64,000 nucleotides of DNA from an uncultured Gemmatimonadales bacterium (lineage in GTDB: Bacteria > Gemmatimonadota > Gemmatimonadetes > Longimicrobiales > RSA9). The stretch spans positions 384,001 to 448,000 of the forward strand of contig CAWFKH010000006.1 of assembly GCA_963816355.1 (NCBI GenBank), in the 5' to 3' direction. This document shows positions 48,232-59,286 of this stretch, in pieces (the stretch's first letter is position 1; each line of letters starts with the position of its first letter). Below the pieces are notes generated by a model that was not told the origin of the DNA, ran no database searches, and saw only the letters and a list, made by a program, of their open reading frames with translations. A program made the position numbers and the translations under genes.

Positions 48232-48873
48232 TTAGCTGCGCCGGGCCAGAAGCAGACCGTCGCGGATCGGGACGATCGAGGCGCTCCACGCCGGGTCGGC
48301 CGTGATCCGCCGCGTCAGCTCGCGCACGCCGCGCGTCGCGTCGGACGCGTCCGCTTCGTCGAAGATGCGGCCGTTCCAGAGCATGTTGTCGGTGATCAGG
48401 ATGCCGCCGGAGCGGAGCCTGTCGGCGATCACGTCGAGCGAGCCGGGGTAGCCCGCCTTGTCGATGTCGTTGAACACGAGGTCGAAAGGGCCGCTCGCGC
48501 GCCGCAGCGCCTGCACCGCCTCTCCCACGGTGTAGCGGACGACGTCGCCGAGGCCGAGCGCGTCGAGGTGGCGCCGCGCACGTGCCGAAAGCTCCTCGTC
48601 CCACACCACGTGGTGCACCTCGCCGCCTCCGTTCTCCTTCACCGCCCGCGCGAACCACGCCGTCGAGTAGCCGTAGCCGGAGCCGAGCTCGAAGACGCGC
48701 CGCGCCGCGACCGCGCGGGCGATCAGGTAGCAGAAGTGGCCGGCCGCCGGCCCGATGATCGGGAACTCGTGCTCGCGCGCGTACGCCTCCATCCTCGCCA
48801 TCTCCGGCGGGCGCTCCGGGACCAGCGAATCGAGGTACTCGCGAACGCGCGGCGCGATCAGCTCTTCCGACAT
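48232..48873 (-). CDS. O-methyltransferase (Methyltransf_3)
   Basis: ELGSGYGYS, FDLVFNDIDK, GGILITDN. Confidence 0.9.
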   Translation of the reverse strand: MSEELIAPRVREYLDSLVPERPPEMARMEAYAREHEFPIIGPAAGHFCYLIARAVAARRVFELGSGYGYSTAWFARAVKENGGGEVHHVVWDEELSARARRHLDALGLGDVVRYTVGEAVQALRRASGPFDLVFNDIDKAGYPGSLDVIADRLRSGGILITDNMLWNGRIFDEADASDATRGVRELTRRITADPAWSASIVPIRDGLLLARRS

Positions 48874-48957
48874 ATCTTCCCTCCTCCATGCCAACGTGCA
48901 GCGCCGGCCGCATCGGCGGCCGGCGCGGGGGATCCGATCGGACGGCGGTGAAAGGCG

Positions 48958-50259
48958 ATGCCGCAGCGCGACTACGCCCGCGAGGTGCAGGGCGCCATCT
49001 ACCTGGACGGCGCGCGCGGCCGCCGCCCCCGCGTTCCGGTGGCGCCGGAGCGGCTCGAGGCCGCGGCACACGCCCGCATGCGCCCGGCTGCGTTCGCCTA
49101 CGTGGCCGGCGGCGCGGGTGCCGAGCGAACGATCCGCGCGAACCGCGAGGCGTTCGAGCGCCGCCGCATCGTGCCGCGCGTGCTCCGCGACGTCGAGCGG
49201 CGCGACACGAGCCTCGCGCTCTTCGGACGCGTGCTCCCGGCGCCGCTCGTCCTGGCGCCGGTGGGCGTGCTCGAGCTGGCGCACGCGGACGCGGACCTGG
49301 CGGTGGCGCGCGCCGCGGCCGCCGCCGGCCTCCCGGTCGTCTTCTCCAGCCAGGCCTCCGTCCCGCTCGAGACGTGCACCGCCGTCATGGGCGGCGCGCC
49401 CCGCTGGTTCCAGCTCTACTGGAGCCGCAGCGACGACCTCGTCGAGAGCTTCGTCGCCCGCGCCGAGGCGTGCGGCTGCGACGCGATCGTGGTGACGCTC
49501 GACACGACGCTGCTCGGCTGGCGCCCGCGCGACCTCGACCTCGCTCACCTGCCGTTCCTGCGCGGAAGCGGCATCGCACAGTACACGAGCGATCCCGCGT
49601 TCCGGCGCCTGCTGGAAGCGGGGGATGGCGGGAGGACCGGCCCCGCCGCAGGGACCAGCGGGGCGGCCCGCCTCCGCGGCGCGTTCGCCGCCGCGCACTT
49701 CCTGTTGTCGCTGGCGCGCGCCTTCCCGGGCTCCACGCTGCGCAACGTGTTTTCGCGCTCGCCGCGCGCCGCGGTCGCGCTCTTCATCGAGACGTACTCG
49801 CGGCCGTCGCTGACCTGGGACGATCTCGCCTTCCTGCGGGAGCGGACGCGCCTGCCGATCGTGCTCAAGGGGATCCTGCACGCGGACGACGCGCGGCGGG
49901 CGGTGGACGCCGGTGTGGACGGGATCTGGGTCTCCAACCACGGCGGCCGGCAGGTCGACGGCGCGATCGCCTCGCTGGACGCGCTGCCGGGGATCGCGGA
50001 GGTGGTGCGCGGGCGGCTGCCGGTGCTCCTCGACGGCGGTGTCCGCGGCGGCGCGGACGCCTTCAAGGCGCTCGCCCTCGGCGCGACCGCGGTCGCGCTC
50101 GGGCGGCCGTACGTCTACGGCCTCGCGCTCGGCGGTGCGGTGGGCGTCGCGGAGGTGCTGCGCAACGTGCGGGCGGAGCTGGACCTGACGCTCGCGCTCA
50201 CCGGCTGTCGCGATCTCGACGACGCGCGCGCCGCGACGCTCGCGGAGGCCCCCGCCTGA
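48958..50259 (+). CDS. FMN-dependent alpha-hydroxy acid oxidase (lactate 2-monooxygenase-like)
   Basis: [36 protein letters not shown]. Confidence 0.9.
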   Translation: MPQRDYAREVQGAIYLDGARGRRPRVPVAPERLEAAAHARMRPAAFAYVAGGAGAERTIRANREAFERRRIVPRVLRDVERRDTSLALFGRVLPAPLVLAPVGVLELAHADADLAVARAAAAAGLPVVFSSQASVPLETCTAVMGGAPRWFQLYWSRSDDLVESFVARAEACGCDAIVVTLDTTLLGWRPRDLDLAHLPFLRGSGIAQYTSDPAFRRLLEAGDGGRTGPAAGTSGAARLRGAFAAAHFLLSLARAFPGSTLRNVFSRSPRAAVALFIETYSRPSLTWDDLAFLRERTRLPIVLKGILHADDARRAVDAGVDGIWVSNHGGRQVDGAIASLDALPGIAEVVRGRLPVLLDGGVRGGADAFKALALGATAVALGRPYVYGLALGGAVGVAEVLRNVRAELDLTLALTGCRDLDDARAATLAEAPA

Positions 50260-50894
50260 GGATCCGGCGCGAGCGTCGCGGCGGCCGCGTCGGCCGTCGC
50301 CTGCCGGATCCAGCCGACGAAGTCGAAGCTCGCCGCTTCCCCGACCACGACCGCCACGGCGGCCGAGTCGACCGGCTCGAACGCATCCGGCTGCCCCGGC
50401 CGCTCGACGCCGCGGCCGACCGTGTATCCCGGTGCAAAATCGAGCAGCCAGTCGCCGAAGAGGTCGCCGCCGCCGGCCGTGGCGTAGATCACCGCCTCGC
50501 GGGGCGCGGCGGCGAAGACGGCGGGCAGCGAGTCGACGGCGATCTCGGCGCCGTCGGCGAGGAGGGTGTCCGTGGTGAGGACGATCGTGCCGACGCCGAA
50601 TCCGCCGGCGTTCAGCGCGGCGGGCGGCGGCCGGCGGTCGAGGCGGAGCGTGAAGCTCGCGCCGTCGTCGGCGATCGTGCCCTGGCCGAAGACGTAGCGA
50701 TAATCCGGGGAGCCGAAGGCGACGGTCCATAGCACGACGAGGCGGGCGTTTTCCGGGATCGGGACCGCGTCCCCGTTCTCGATCGAGCCGAGGACAGTGA
50801 TGCGGTGCGCCGAGGGCGCGGTAGGCGAGCCGGTGCACGCGGCGAGCGGCGACAGCAGGAGAGCCAGCAGCGAGCGGCGGGCGGCGCGTCGCAC
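50115..50894 (-). CDS. Hypothetical lipoprotein
   Basis: Lipobox PLAAC and a beta-rich body. The 3' end overlaps the convergent oxidase. Confidence 0.7.
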   Translation of the reverse strand: MRRAARRSLLALLLSPLAACTGSPTAPSAHRITVLGSIENGDAVPIPENARLVVLWTVAFGSPDYRYVFGQGTIADDGASFTLRLDRRPPPAALNAGGFGVGTIVLTTDTLLADGAEIAVDSLPAVFAAAPREAVIYATAGGGDLFGDWLLDFAPGYTVGRGVERPGQPDAFEPVDSAAVAVVVGEAASFDFVGWIRQATADAAAATLAPDPQAGASASVAARASSRSRQPVSASVRSSSARTLRSTSATPTAPPSARP

Positions 50895-50897
50895 GGG

Positions 50898-52301
50898 CTA
50901 GCCGGCGCTCGCGGGCGCCGGCTCCCGCTTGCGCTCCGCGGGCGCGGCGACGTAGTCGCGCAGCCCCTCGAGAACGGCGATGAAGCGGTCGACGTCGGCG
51001 GCGTTGCTCGGGATCCCGAAGGAGACCCTCACCGCGCCGATCGCCGCGTCGTCCATGCACGCGGAGAAGCGCTCCATGTCGAACTCGGCCGGCGACATCG
51101 TCGTGAAGCAGCGTCGCGACTCCTCCTCGCGGAAGCCGAAGGCGAACTCGGCCGCGCCGGGATTGCAGAAGCAGCCGGTGCGGATCGACACGCCGGCGGC
51201 GGCGGCGCGCTTCTCGACCACCTGGTAGGCGACGTCGGCGCCGCTCGCATCGCGCACGTTGAAGGCGATCGTCGCGCCGCGTTCCTGCATCGACGTGGGG
51301 CCGTAGACGTGGACGAGCGGGGCGCCGCTGGAGTGGCGGAGCGCGATCATGCGGTCGAGCGCGGCGGCCGCGAGGCCGCGGACGTGCGCGCCGATGGCGT
51401 CGATTCCGAGCCGCTCGAGAAGGTCGAAGCCGCCCGGCAGGGCGCCGATCGCCAGGAAGTTCGGCGTGCCGTCCTCGAACCCTTCCGCGCTCCCCTTCAG
51501 CAGATGCAGACGGTTCTGGGCCGAGACGAAGCGCACCGTTCCGCCCGCGAACCAGGGGCGGCGCAGCCGCGCGAGCGCGTCGCGCCGCGCGATCAGCGCG
51601 CCGACGCCGGTCGGGTAGCCGAACATCTTGTAGAAGGAGACCGCGACGAACGCGGCGCGCACGGCGCCGAGGTCGAGCCGGTTCGTCGGCACGAACGCCG
51701 CCGCGTCGAGGAGCACGTCGTACCCGCGGCTGTGCGCCAGGTCGACCCACTCGAGCGGGTGCTTCACGCCGGAGAAGTTGGACTGCGCGGGGAACGCGAA
51801 GAGGCACGCGTGCGAAGCGTCGGCGGCCGGCAGCGTGCGCGCGAGGTCCTGCATGCGCAGCGCCGGGTCGAGCGGCAGGTACTCCACCGTCGCCTCGCGC
51901 GCCTCCGCGAAGCGGCGGATTCCGTTGACCGAATTGTGGTTGTCCGCCGAGAGCACGAAGCGCGAGCCCCGCTCGAACGGGTAGCTCTCGCCCACCAGCT
52001 TCAGCGCGGCGCTCGCGTTCGCGGTGAAGCACACCTCGTACTCCGCCGGGTCCGCGGAGAAGAAGGAGAGGACGCGCTCGCGCGCCGCGGTGACGAGGGC
52101 GGTGCTCGCGCGCGACGCGGGCGTCGCCGAGTGAGGATTGCCGAACACGCCGCTGCGCAGCGCCTCACAGTGCTCGCGGACGTGCGAGTCGGCGTAGATG
52201 CCGCTGCCCGTGTAGTCGAGATAGGTATGTCCGGCCGCGTCCAGGCGCGCGAACTCCGTCGCCCGGAGACGTTCGAAGATGAGGGCCGGCGATGCGTCCA
52301 T
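50898..52301 (-). CDS. PLP-dependent class V aminotransferase (Moco sulfurase N-domain-like)
   Basis: YLDYTG, GNPHS, DNHNSV, QSNFSG, SFYKMFGYPTG, RTGCFCNPG. Confidence 0.88.
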   Translation of the reverse strand: MDASPALIFERLRATEFARLDAAGHTYLDYTGSGIYADSHVREHCEALRSGVFGNPHSATPASRASTALVTAARERVLSFFSADPAEYEVCFTANASAALKLVGESYPFERGSRFVLSADNHNSVNGIRRFAEAREATVEYLPLDPALRMQDLARTLPAADASHACLFAFPAQSNFSGVKHPLEWVDLAHSRGYDVLLDAAAFVPTNRLDLGAVRAAFVAVSFYKMFGYPTGVGALIARRDALARLRRPWFAGGTVRFVSAQNRLHLLKGSAEGFEDGTPNFLAIGALPGGFDLLERLGIDAIGAHVRGLAAAALDRMIALRHSSGAPLVHVYGPTSMQERGATIAFNVRDASGADVAYQVVEKRAAAAGVSIRTGCFCNPGAAEFAFGFREEESRRCFTTMSPAEFDMERFSACMDDAAIGAVRVSFGIPSNAADVDRFIAVLEGLRDYVAAPAERKREPAPASAG

Positions 52302-52416
52302 GGCACTGCTCCCGCGCAAGATCCCGCCCGAACGGCGGCCACTCCTCATTCTGCCGCCGCGGCGCCGCCGCGTCCAGCCCCCGCCGCGGCCCGTCCCGCC
52401 GCGGCCCGCACGCGCT

Positions 52417-53103
52417 TCAATAGTCGAGCGCGAGGGCGTGGCACAGCCACCGCATCAGCGGCGCGCCGGCCGCGAAGGTCCCGGCGACGTCGTCCGCCAG
52501 AGACGCGCGCACGACCGCCGCGTCGCGGAGCGGGCGGGCGACGATGAAGTCCTTGCGGCGCAGATCCTCGATCCGGGGGTGGGCCGCGTCGAAGCCGCGG
52601 GGCGCGCGGACGAGCGAGTCGCCCTCCAGCGCGAGGCCCGCTCCGGCGACGGCATCGCGCGCGCGAACCCAGCGCTCGCTCTCCTCGGCGATCGCGCTCC
52701 GGATCCGGCGCAGCGATGCGGAGTCCGGGTGCCACATCCCCATCGCGGCGAAACAGCCGCCGGGCTCGATGTGCAGGTAGAAGCCGGGCGCGTGCACGTC
52801 CTTCCCCCGCGCGTGCCGGAACTGGATGCCGAGGTGCGTCTTGTACGGCCGCTTGTCGGCCGCGAACCGGACGTCTCGATGGATGCGGAAGAGCGAGCCG
52901 CCGACCGCGCGCGGATCCGCCCGGAATCGCGGCGCGATGCGCTCCAGCCGCGGGCCGAAGTCCACGATGAAGCGCAGCGCGGGATCCCGCGCGTCACGCT
53001 GCCAGCGGCGGCGGTGCGCGTGGAACCACTCGCGGTCGTTGTTCTCGCGCAGCTCGCGCAGGAAGGCGAGCGTGGCGCGCGTGAAGTGCGCCGTCTCCGT
53101 CAT
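52417..53103 (-). CDS. DUF2461 (TIGR02453) family protein
   Basis: FLRELRENNDREWF, RIHRDVRFAADKRPYK. Confidence 0.9.
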   Translation of the reverse strand: MTETAHFTRATLAFLRELRENNDREWFHAHRRRWQRDARDPALRFIVDFGPRLERIAPRFRADPRAVGGSLFRIHRDVRFAADKRPYKTHLGIQFRHARGKDVHAPGFYLHIEPGGCFAAMGMWHPDSASLRRIRSAIAEESERWVRARDAVAGAGLALEGDSLVRAPRGFDAAHPRIEDLRRKDFIVARPLRDAAVVRASLADDVAGTFAAGAPLMRWLCHALALDY

Positions 53104-53179
53104 GCTCGCTCGCTCTCCCGCCGTGGGCCGCCTGGCTCGTTCACAGGCGCCCGTCCGCACATCGACCAGCGGTCTCCGC

Positions 53180-53455
53180 TCACAATCGGAGCCAGACGGC
53201 GAGCACCGCTCCGGCTCCGAATAGGTAGAAGAGGACGCGGAAGAGGCGGGCACGCCGGAGCAGCGCCTGCCCGTGCTCGGTAAGCCCCTCCCTGCGGGCC
53301 AGAGCGACCCGCGGCGCCGCTGACGTGGCGCCGCCTCGCCCCCCGGTCGCTTCGGCGTCCGTCGTCCACTCCCTGTGAGCCATCTGGACGTAGCGGGCGC
53401 GCAGGAAGGCGAAGACCATCGCCGCCGCGAGCAGTGCGATCCCCACGAGTCCCAT
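53180..53455 (-). CDS. Small two-TM hypothetical protein
   Basis: SD GGAGG, hydrophobic N- and C-termini. Confidence 0.6.
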   Translation of the reverse strand: MGLVGIALLAAAMVFAFLRARYVQMAHREWTTDAEATGGRGGATSAAPRVALARREGLTEHGQALLRRARLFRVLFYLFGAGAVLAVWLRL

Positions 53456-53481
53456 CGTTCCTCCTTCCGGCGGGCCGCGGA

Positions 53482-53982
53482 TCAGGCCCGCCGTTCCCCG
53501 ATCAGCGCGGCGAGGCGGTCCAGCAGCTCGGCCTGCGCGGGGTTGATCCGGCGCCGTGCGTCGTTGCCGACGAACCAGCCGCAGCGATCGATCTCCGGGA
53601 AGCGGAGGACGCGGCCGGACCCGCGCGGCCATTCGACGCTAACCTCGTTGCTGCGGACGTTCTCCGGGTCGACGTCGCCTTCGGCCGCCCACGCGTGGAC
53701 GACCTTCCCCGCCTTCTGGCGGATCGAGCCGAGCGGGATCAGCTCGCCTTGGACCGTCACTCCGGTCTCCTCCTGGAATTCGCGGCGGGCCGCCGCCTCG
53801 AGCGCTTCGCCCGCTTCCGGCTCGCCCTTCGGGATCGTCCAGGCGCCGGCGTCGCGGCGGGACCAGAAGGGGCCTCCGGGGTGGGCGAGGAAGACCTCGG
53901 TGGCGGCGTCGCGGCGACGGAAGAGGAGCAGCCCGGCGCTCTCGGCCGCGCGCTTCCGCGCCTTCCCTCCACTGGCGTTCAC
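53482..53982 (-). CDS. NUDIX hydrolase
   Basis: HPGGPFW..GAWTIPKGE..AARREFQEETG, FPEIDR. Confidence 0.9.
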   Translation of the reverse strand: MNASGGKARKRAAESAGLLLFRRRDAATEVFLAHPGGPFWSRRDAGAWTIPKGEPEAGEALEAAARREFQEETGVTVQGELIPLGSIRQKAGKVVHAWAAEGDVDPENVRSNEVSVEWPRGSGRVLRFPEIDRCGWFVGNDARRRINPAQAELLDRLAALIGERRA

Positions 53983-54024
53983 GCCTTCCCTCCGCTGGCG
54001 TCCACCGTCGGGTCGCGGGCGAGC

Positions 54025-54255
54025 TCAGTCGCCGTGCTTCTCGAGCAGGCGCTGGGTGAACTCCTGCTGCTCCCGCAACTGATCGATTTCGCGCTGCAGC
54101 GATTCGACCTGCTCCTGCAGCCGCTCGACATCCTGCGCGCGGGCGACGGGCTCGGCGGGGCGCCCACCGGGACCGCGGTCGTAGGAGCCGCGGAGCGCCC
54201 GCAGCATCACGTATCCGATCACCAGCAGGAGCGCGAGCTCGCCTGCACCGATCAT
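54025..54255 (-). CDS. Small TM + coiled-coil hypothetical protein
   Basis: SD AAGGAG, N-terminal TM, C-terminal L.EQQEFTQRLLE. Confidence 0.7.
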   Translation of the reverse strand: MIGAGELALLLVIGYVMLRALRGSYDRGPGGRPAEPVARAQDVERLQEQVESLQREIDQLREQQEFTQRLLEKHGD

Positions 54256-54507
54256 GCGACGTCTCCTTGCGGCGTGGCGGGAAGCGTCGACCCTCTCCGC
54301 GGGTCAATGTCGCGGCGAGCCGGGCGAGGGGAAAGGGCACCAACACTTTCCGCGAACAGAGCCGGACGGCCGCAGCGGGAGGTGCACCGCCGTCGGGGGC
54401 GGGGGGGCGCGTTTTTCCAGGCGGCACGGGGTGGCGCCGCCCGCGACCCGTTCATAGCATTGCCTGCGCAGACCTGACGCGCAGCCCGAACCGCGGAGCG
54501 TCCTTCG

Positions 54508-57500
54508 ATGCGATCGTCCCGTTCGTCCATGCTCGACGGCTCCTCTTCCTGCCTGTCGGCGTGCCTGGCGTCGCTCCTCGCCGTCGCTCCGCTCACCGCA
54601 CAGGGGGCGGCGCCGGACACGGCGGCTGCGGCGGCGCGTCGCCCGCCGCTCCGTTCCATGAACGGGGCCGCCCCCGCGTCGCTCGTGAGCGGCGCCGCCA
54701 CGGGGCCGTTCCGCGAGCTCGGCTTCCGCTCGATCGGGCCGGCGGTGATGGGCGGCCGCATCCACGACGTGCAGGCGCTGCCGGCCGATCCGAGCACGGT
54801 GATCGTGGCGAGCGCGACCGGCGGCCTGTGGGAATCAACGAACCACGGCACGACGTGGGCGCCGATCTTCGACGACGAGCCGACCGGCACGTTCGGCGTG
54901 GTCGCCATCGCGCCGTCCGATCCGCGGGTGATCTGGGCGGGAACCGGCGAGCAGAACAACCGGCAGAGCAGCTCCTGGGGCGACGGCGTGTACCGCTCGA
55001 CCGATGGCGGCGGCACGTGGACGCGCGTCGGGCTCGAGCGCACGCGTGCGATCGGCCGCATCGTCGTCGACCCGACGAACCCGGACGTGGCGTGGGTCGC
55101 GGCGCTCGGCAACCTGTGGAAGCCGTCGCCGGAGCGGGGCGTCTTCAGGACGGCGGATGGCGGCCGCACGTGGAGCAAGGTGCTCTTCGTGGACACGACG
55201 ACGGGCGTCGTCGATCTCGTCGCGGACCCGCACGACGCGAAGACGCTCTACGCCGCGGCGTACCAGCGGCAGCGGACGCCGTGGGGGTACAACGGTGGCG
55301 GCCCGGGAAGCGGCATCTATCGCAGTCGCGACGGCGGCGACACGTGGACGCGGCTGAGCGGCGGCCTTCCCACGACGCAGATGGGGCGCATCGGGCTCGC
55401 CACGGCGCGAAACACGCCCGGGCTCGTGTACGCGATCGTGGAGAACGCGGACGCGGGCGGCCTCTACCGCACGGCCGACGGCGGCGAGAGCTGGACGCGC
55501 GTCAACGAGTACAACGAGCGGCCGGTCTACTACAGCTCGCTCTACGTCGATCCGACGGACGACCAGCGCCTCTACCTGCTCGCGCGCTGGTTCCATCGCA
55601 GCGACGACGGCGGCCGCACGTGGCGCACGCTTCCCACCGAGCCCACCTACGACGTGGGGCTGAAGGGCGACTACCACGCGATGTGGATCGACCCGGGCGA
55701 CTCGCGCCACTTCTATCTCGCCGGCGACGGCGGCCTCTATCAGACGTGGGACCGCGGCGAGACGTACCAGCGCATCAACAATCTGCCGATCGGCCAGTTC
55801 TACGGCATCGGCCTGGACGACGCCTCGCCGTACCGCGTCTACGGCGGTATGCAGGACAACCACTCCTGGCTGGGTCCGAGCGCCACCCGCCACTACCTCG
55901 GCATCACGGGCGGCGACTGGCGGGAGATCGGCTTCAACGACGGGCTCGAGCAGTTCGTCGACCTCGATGGCCCTCGCCACGTCTACAGCAACGCCGTCGA
56001 GGGCGACCTCACGCGGGTCGACGCGAACACCGGCGACCGTCGCGACATCCACCCGCAGCCGCCACCCGGGGCGCCGGCGTACCGCTGGGAGTGGATGACG
56101 CCCGGCTTCGCGTCGCGCCACACGCCCGGCCTCTTCTACTATGGCGGCGACCGCCTCTTCGTCACCCGCGACCACGGCACGACGTGGACCGCGACCCAGG
56201 ACCTCACGCGCCACATCGACCGCGACACGCTGGCGATCATGGGTGTGGCCGGCTCCCGCATCGCGCTCTCCCGCAACGACGGTCAGTCCGCCTATTCCGC
56301 CATCTCCGCGATCGCCGAGTCACCGCTCGATGGCTCGCTCCTCTGGGTCGGCACGGACGACGGCAACATCCAGCTCTCGCGCGACGGCGGCGCGACCTGG
56401 ACGGAGGTCGGACACGCGATCACCGGCGCACCCGACGGCGCCTACGTCAGCCGCATCGCCGCGTCGCGCGAGGCGCCCGGCGTCGCCTACGTCGCGCTCG
56501 ACGACCACCGTCGCGGCGACTTCGCGCCGTACGCCTTCCGCACCGCCGACTTCGGCGCCACCTGGACGCCCATTGTGGGCGGACTGCCGGCGGACGGCTC
56601 GGTCCGCTTCATCGGCGAGCACCCGGACCGCGCGGGCGTGCTCTTCCTGGGCACCGAGCACGCGCTGTGGATCTCGACGGACCGCGGCGCGCACTGGGAC
56701 CGCCTCGGGGCGAACCTGCCCAGCACGCTCTACATGGAAGTGGAGGTGCAGCCGCGCACGCACGACGTGGTCGTCGCGACGCACGGGCGCAGCCTGTGGA
56801 TCCTCGACGACGGCTCGGCGCTGGCGGAGTGGACGCCCGCCGTCGCGCGCGAGCCGGCGCACCTGTTCTCCGTCCGGCCCGCGCGCATCTGGCAGTACTG
56901 GGAGGACCATTCCTACCGCGGCCAGGACTACTGGACCGGCGAGAACCCACCGGAGGGCGCGATCCTCGATTACACGCTCGGCCGCGACGTGGATTCCGCG
57001 ACGATCACGATCTCGGACGGGTCCGGCGCCGTGGTGCGGACCCTGCGCGGGGCCGGGACGTCGGGCGCGGTCCACCGCGTGGTGTGGGACCTGCGCCACG
57101 AGCCGCCACCCGCGCAGCCGCCGGAAGCGGGTACGCCGCAGTCGCGGGCGCTGCCGCTTCCGCCGCGGCCGCTGGGAGCGCGGGGTCCATGGGTGTCGCC
57201 GGGCACGTACACGGTGACCCTCGCCGCCGCCGGCGCGACGTCGACAGGGTCAGTGGAAGTGCTTCCCGATCCCGGCATGCCGCAGCTCACGCGCGAACAG
57301 TACCGCGACCGTGAAGCGTTCCTGGTGACGCTGCTCGACGTACAGCGACGCGCCTTCGAGCGCTCGCGCCGTCCCGGCGCCTCGCCGGCCGAGCGCCGCC
57401 TCTACTTCGCCGCCACGTCGCTGGCGGGCGACTTCAACGGCAGCGGCTCCGTGCAGGGCACGCTCTATCCGCCCACGCCGGCGCAACGGGCGCGCCTCGC

Positions 57501-57534
57501 CGGGCTGCAGGCGGCGCTCGGCGAGGGCAGATAG
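54508..57534 (+). CDS. Secreted VPS10/BNR-repeat beta-propeller (glycosyl hydrolase-like)
   Basis: RSIGPAVMGGRI, repeated S.DGG.TW Asp-boxes, GGMQDN, ATHGRS.W. Confidence 0.88.
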   Translation: MRSSRSSMLDGSSSCLSACLASLLAVAPLTAQGAAPDTAAAAARRPPLRSMNGAAPASLVSGAATGPFRELGFRSIGPAVMGGRIHDVQALPADPSTVIVASATGGLWESTNHGTTWAPIFDDEPTGTFGVVAIAPSDPRVIWAGTGEQNNRQSSSWGDGVYRSTDGGGTWTRVGLERTRAIGRIVVDPTNPDVAWVAALGNLWKPSPERGVFRTADGGRTWSKVLFVDTTTGVVDLVADPHDAKTLYAAAYQRQRTPWGYNGGGPGSGIYRSRDGGDTWTRLSGGLPTTQMGRIGLATARNTPGLVYAIVENADAGGLYRTADGGESWTRVNEYNERPVYYSSLYVDPTDDQRLYLLARWFHRSDDGGRTWRTLPTEPTYDVGLKGDYHAMWIDPGDSRHFYLAGDGGLYQTWDRGETYQRINNLPIGQFYGIGLDDASPYRVYGGMQDNHSWLGPSATRHYLGITGGDWREIGFNDGLEQFVDLDGPRHVYSNAVEGDLTRVDANTGDRRDIHPQPPPGAPAYRWEWMTPGFASRHTPGLFYYGGDRLFVTRDHGTTWTATQDLTRHIDRDTLAIMGVAGSRIALSRNDGQSAYSAISAIAESPLDGSLLWVGTDDGNIQLSRDGGATWTEVGHAITGAPDGAYVSRIAASREAPGVAYVALDDHRRGDFAPYAFRTADFGATWTPIVGGLPADGSVRFIGEHPDRAGVLFLGTEHALWISTDRGAHWDRLGANLPSTLYMEVEVQPRTHDVVVATHGRSLWILDDGSALAEWTPAVAREPAHLFSVRPARIWQYWEDHSYRGQDYWTGENPPEGAILDYTLGRDVDSATITISDGSGAVVRTLRGAGTSGAVHRVVWDLRHEPPPAQPPEAGTPQSRALPLPPRPLGARGPWVSPGTYTVTLAAAGATSTGSVEVLPDPGMPQLTREQYRDREAFLVTLLDVQRRAFERSRRPGASPAERRLYFAATSLAGDFNGSGSVQGTLYPPTPAQRARLAGLQAALGEGR

Positions 57535-57547
57535 ACGACGCCGCGCG

Positions 57548-58150
57548 TCAGCTCCCGCCGCCGACGGAGCGGCTGACGATGGTGATCGGCTCGGGATAGC
57601 GGATCGGACCGATCGGCGTCTGGATGGTGGGCGTCGCGCGCAGGCTCAGGCGTGTCGGAGCGCCGCCCTGCCCGGCCAGGTTCAGCGCGAGATCCAGGAG
57701 CCCACGGGCGTCGCGCTGGAAGAAATCGTAGAGGTCCAGCCGTATCGCGACCGGGATGTCGGTCGGCTTCCCGGGCGGCAGCAGGATCTCGCGGTCGAGC
57801 GTGCCGGAGACCGTCTCCGCGTCGTCGATCAGCAGCGTCCAATCGAGGCGGAGGAGCCGGGCCGTAACGGTGTTCTCCGCCGGGTTCGTGCCCTCGACGT
57901 GGAGGTCGAAGGAGAGCGGCACGTCCCGGTTGGCCACCGCGAGCGCGAGCTGCGCGGCGTCGGCGGCCGTCAGGTCGCGGTAGGAACCGATGCGGCCCAG
58001 CGAGATCCCGACGAGATGTGCGTTCGTCACGCCGTCGATGCGGAAGGCGACGTCGCGCAACGCCGCCACCTGCTGCAGCGTCGCGCAGCCGGCGAGCGCG
58101 AGCACGAGCGCGCCGGCGCACGTCCGCGCGACGATCCGGTACATTCGCAT
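57548..58150 (-). CDS. LEA type 2 (WHy) lipoprotein
   Basis: Lipobox LAGC, NP motif, TPIGPI. Confidence 0.75.
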   Translation of the reverse strand: MRMYRIVARTCAGALVLALAGCATLQQVAALRDVAFRIDGVTNAHLVGISLGRIGSYRDLTAADAAQLALAVANRDVPLSFDLHVEGTNPAENTVTARLLRLDWTLLIDDAETVSGTLDREILLPPGKPTDIPVAIRLDLYDFFQRDARGLLDLALNLAGQGGAPTRLSLRATPTIQTPIGPIRYPEPITIVSRSVGGGS

Positions 58151-58232
58151 GCCTCCTCCACTGTGGCGGTCGCTCGGCTGTGTCTCCGCAGGAAGCTCGC
58201 CAACGTCCCGAGGGACGGTGCGCCGGCGCGAT

Positions 58233-59279
58233 TCAGGCCGCGGCCACCGACCGCAGCACCGCGGCGGCGCGCTCGCACCGCTCGGCGCTGACGTCGAGGT
58301 GGGTCACGGCGCGCACGGTCCGCGGGCCGAACGTGGAGACGAGGACGCCTCGCTCGCGTGCGCGAGCGAGGAGGGTCTCCGCGTCGACGGCGTCGCTCGC
58401 CAGGTCGAAGAAGACGATGTTGGTCTCGACCGTCGCGGCGTCGATGGCGATCAGCGGAGAGTCGGCCAACGCCGCCGCAATGCGGCGCGCGTTCGCGTGG
58501 TCGGTGGCGAGGCGATCGAGGTTGTGGTCGAGCGCGTACAGCCCGGCGGCGGCGAGGATGCCGGTCTGGCGCATCGCGCCGCCCAGCATGCGGCGCTGGC
58601 GCTCCGCGTCGCGCATGATCGTGCGCGGTCCGGCGAGCAGGGAGCCGGCGGGGGCGCCGAGGCCTTTCGAGAGCGCCACGCCCACCAGGTCGAACGGCGC
58701 CGCCAGCTCCGCGACGCTGCGTCCGCTGGCGGCGGCGGCGTTCCACAGGCGCGCGCCATCGAGGTAGGTCGCGAGGCCGTGCTCGCGCGCCGCCTCGCAC
58801 ACACGCACGACTTCCCGTTGCGGCCACACCACGCCGCCGGCGCGATTGTGCGTGTTCTCCACCTCGATGAGGGTCGTCGCGGGGTAGATCATGTGTCCGC
58901 GGGGCTTGATGGCGGCGGCGAGCTGCTCGGCGGTGAAGGTGCCTCGCTCGCCGGCGACGGTGAACTGGACGCCGGCGTTGGCGCCGCCGGCGCCCGCCTC
59001 GTGCCAGACGGCGTGGCTCTGCCAACCCACGACGACGTCGTCGCCGGGGCGCGTCAGCAGCCGCAGCGCCATCTGGTTCGCCATCGTCCCGCTCGGCACG
59101 AAGAGCGCCGCCTCCTTGCCGAGCAGCGCCGCGATGCGCTTCTGCAGCAGGTTCGTCGTCGGGTCCTCTCCGTACTGCTCGTCGCCGACGTCGGCGCGGG
59201 CCATTGCCTCGCGCATGGCGGCGTCCGGCCGCGTCACCGTGTCGGAGCGAAGATCGATCGCCGCCTCGCTCGTAGGCAT
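58233..59279 (-). CDS. ltaE: Low-specificity L-threonine aldolase
   Basis: [36 protein letters not shown]. Confidence 0.92.
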   Translation of the reverse strand: MPTSEAAIDLRSDTVTRPDAAMREAMARADVGDEQYGEDPTTNLLQKRIAALLGKEAALFVPSGTMANQMALRLLTRPGDDVVVGWQSHAVWHEAGAGGANAGVQFTVAGERGTFTAEQLAAAIKPRGHMIYPATTLIEVENTHNRAGGVVWPQREVVRVCEAAREHGLATYLDGARLWNAAAASGRSVAELAAPFDLVGVALSKGLGAPAGSLLAGPRTIMRDAERQRRMLGGAMRQTGILAAAGLYALDHNLDRLATDHANARRIAAALADSPLIAIDAATVETNIVFFDLASDAVDAETLLARARERGVLVSTFGPRTVRAVTHLDVSAERCERAAAVLRSVAAA

Positions 59280-59286
59280 CACCCTC

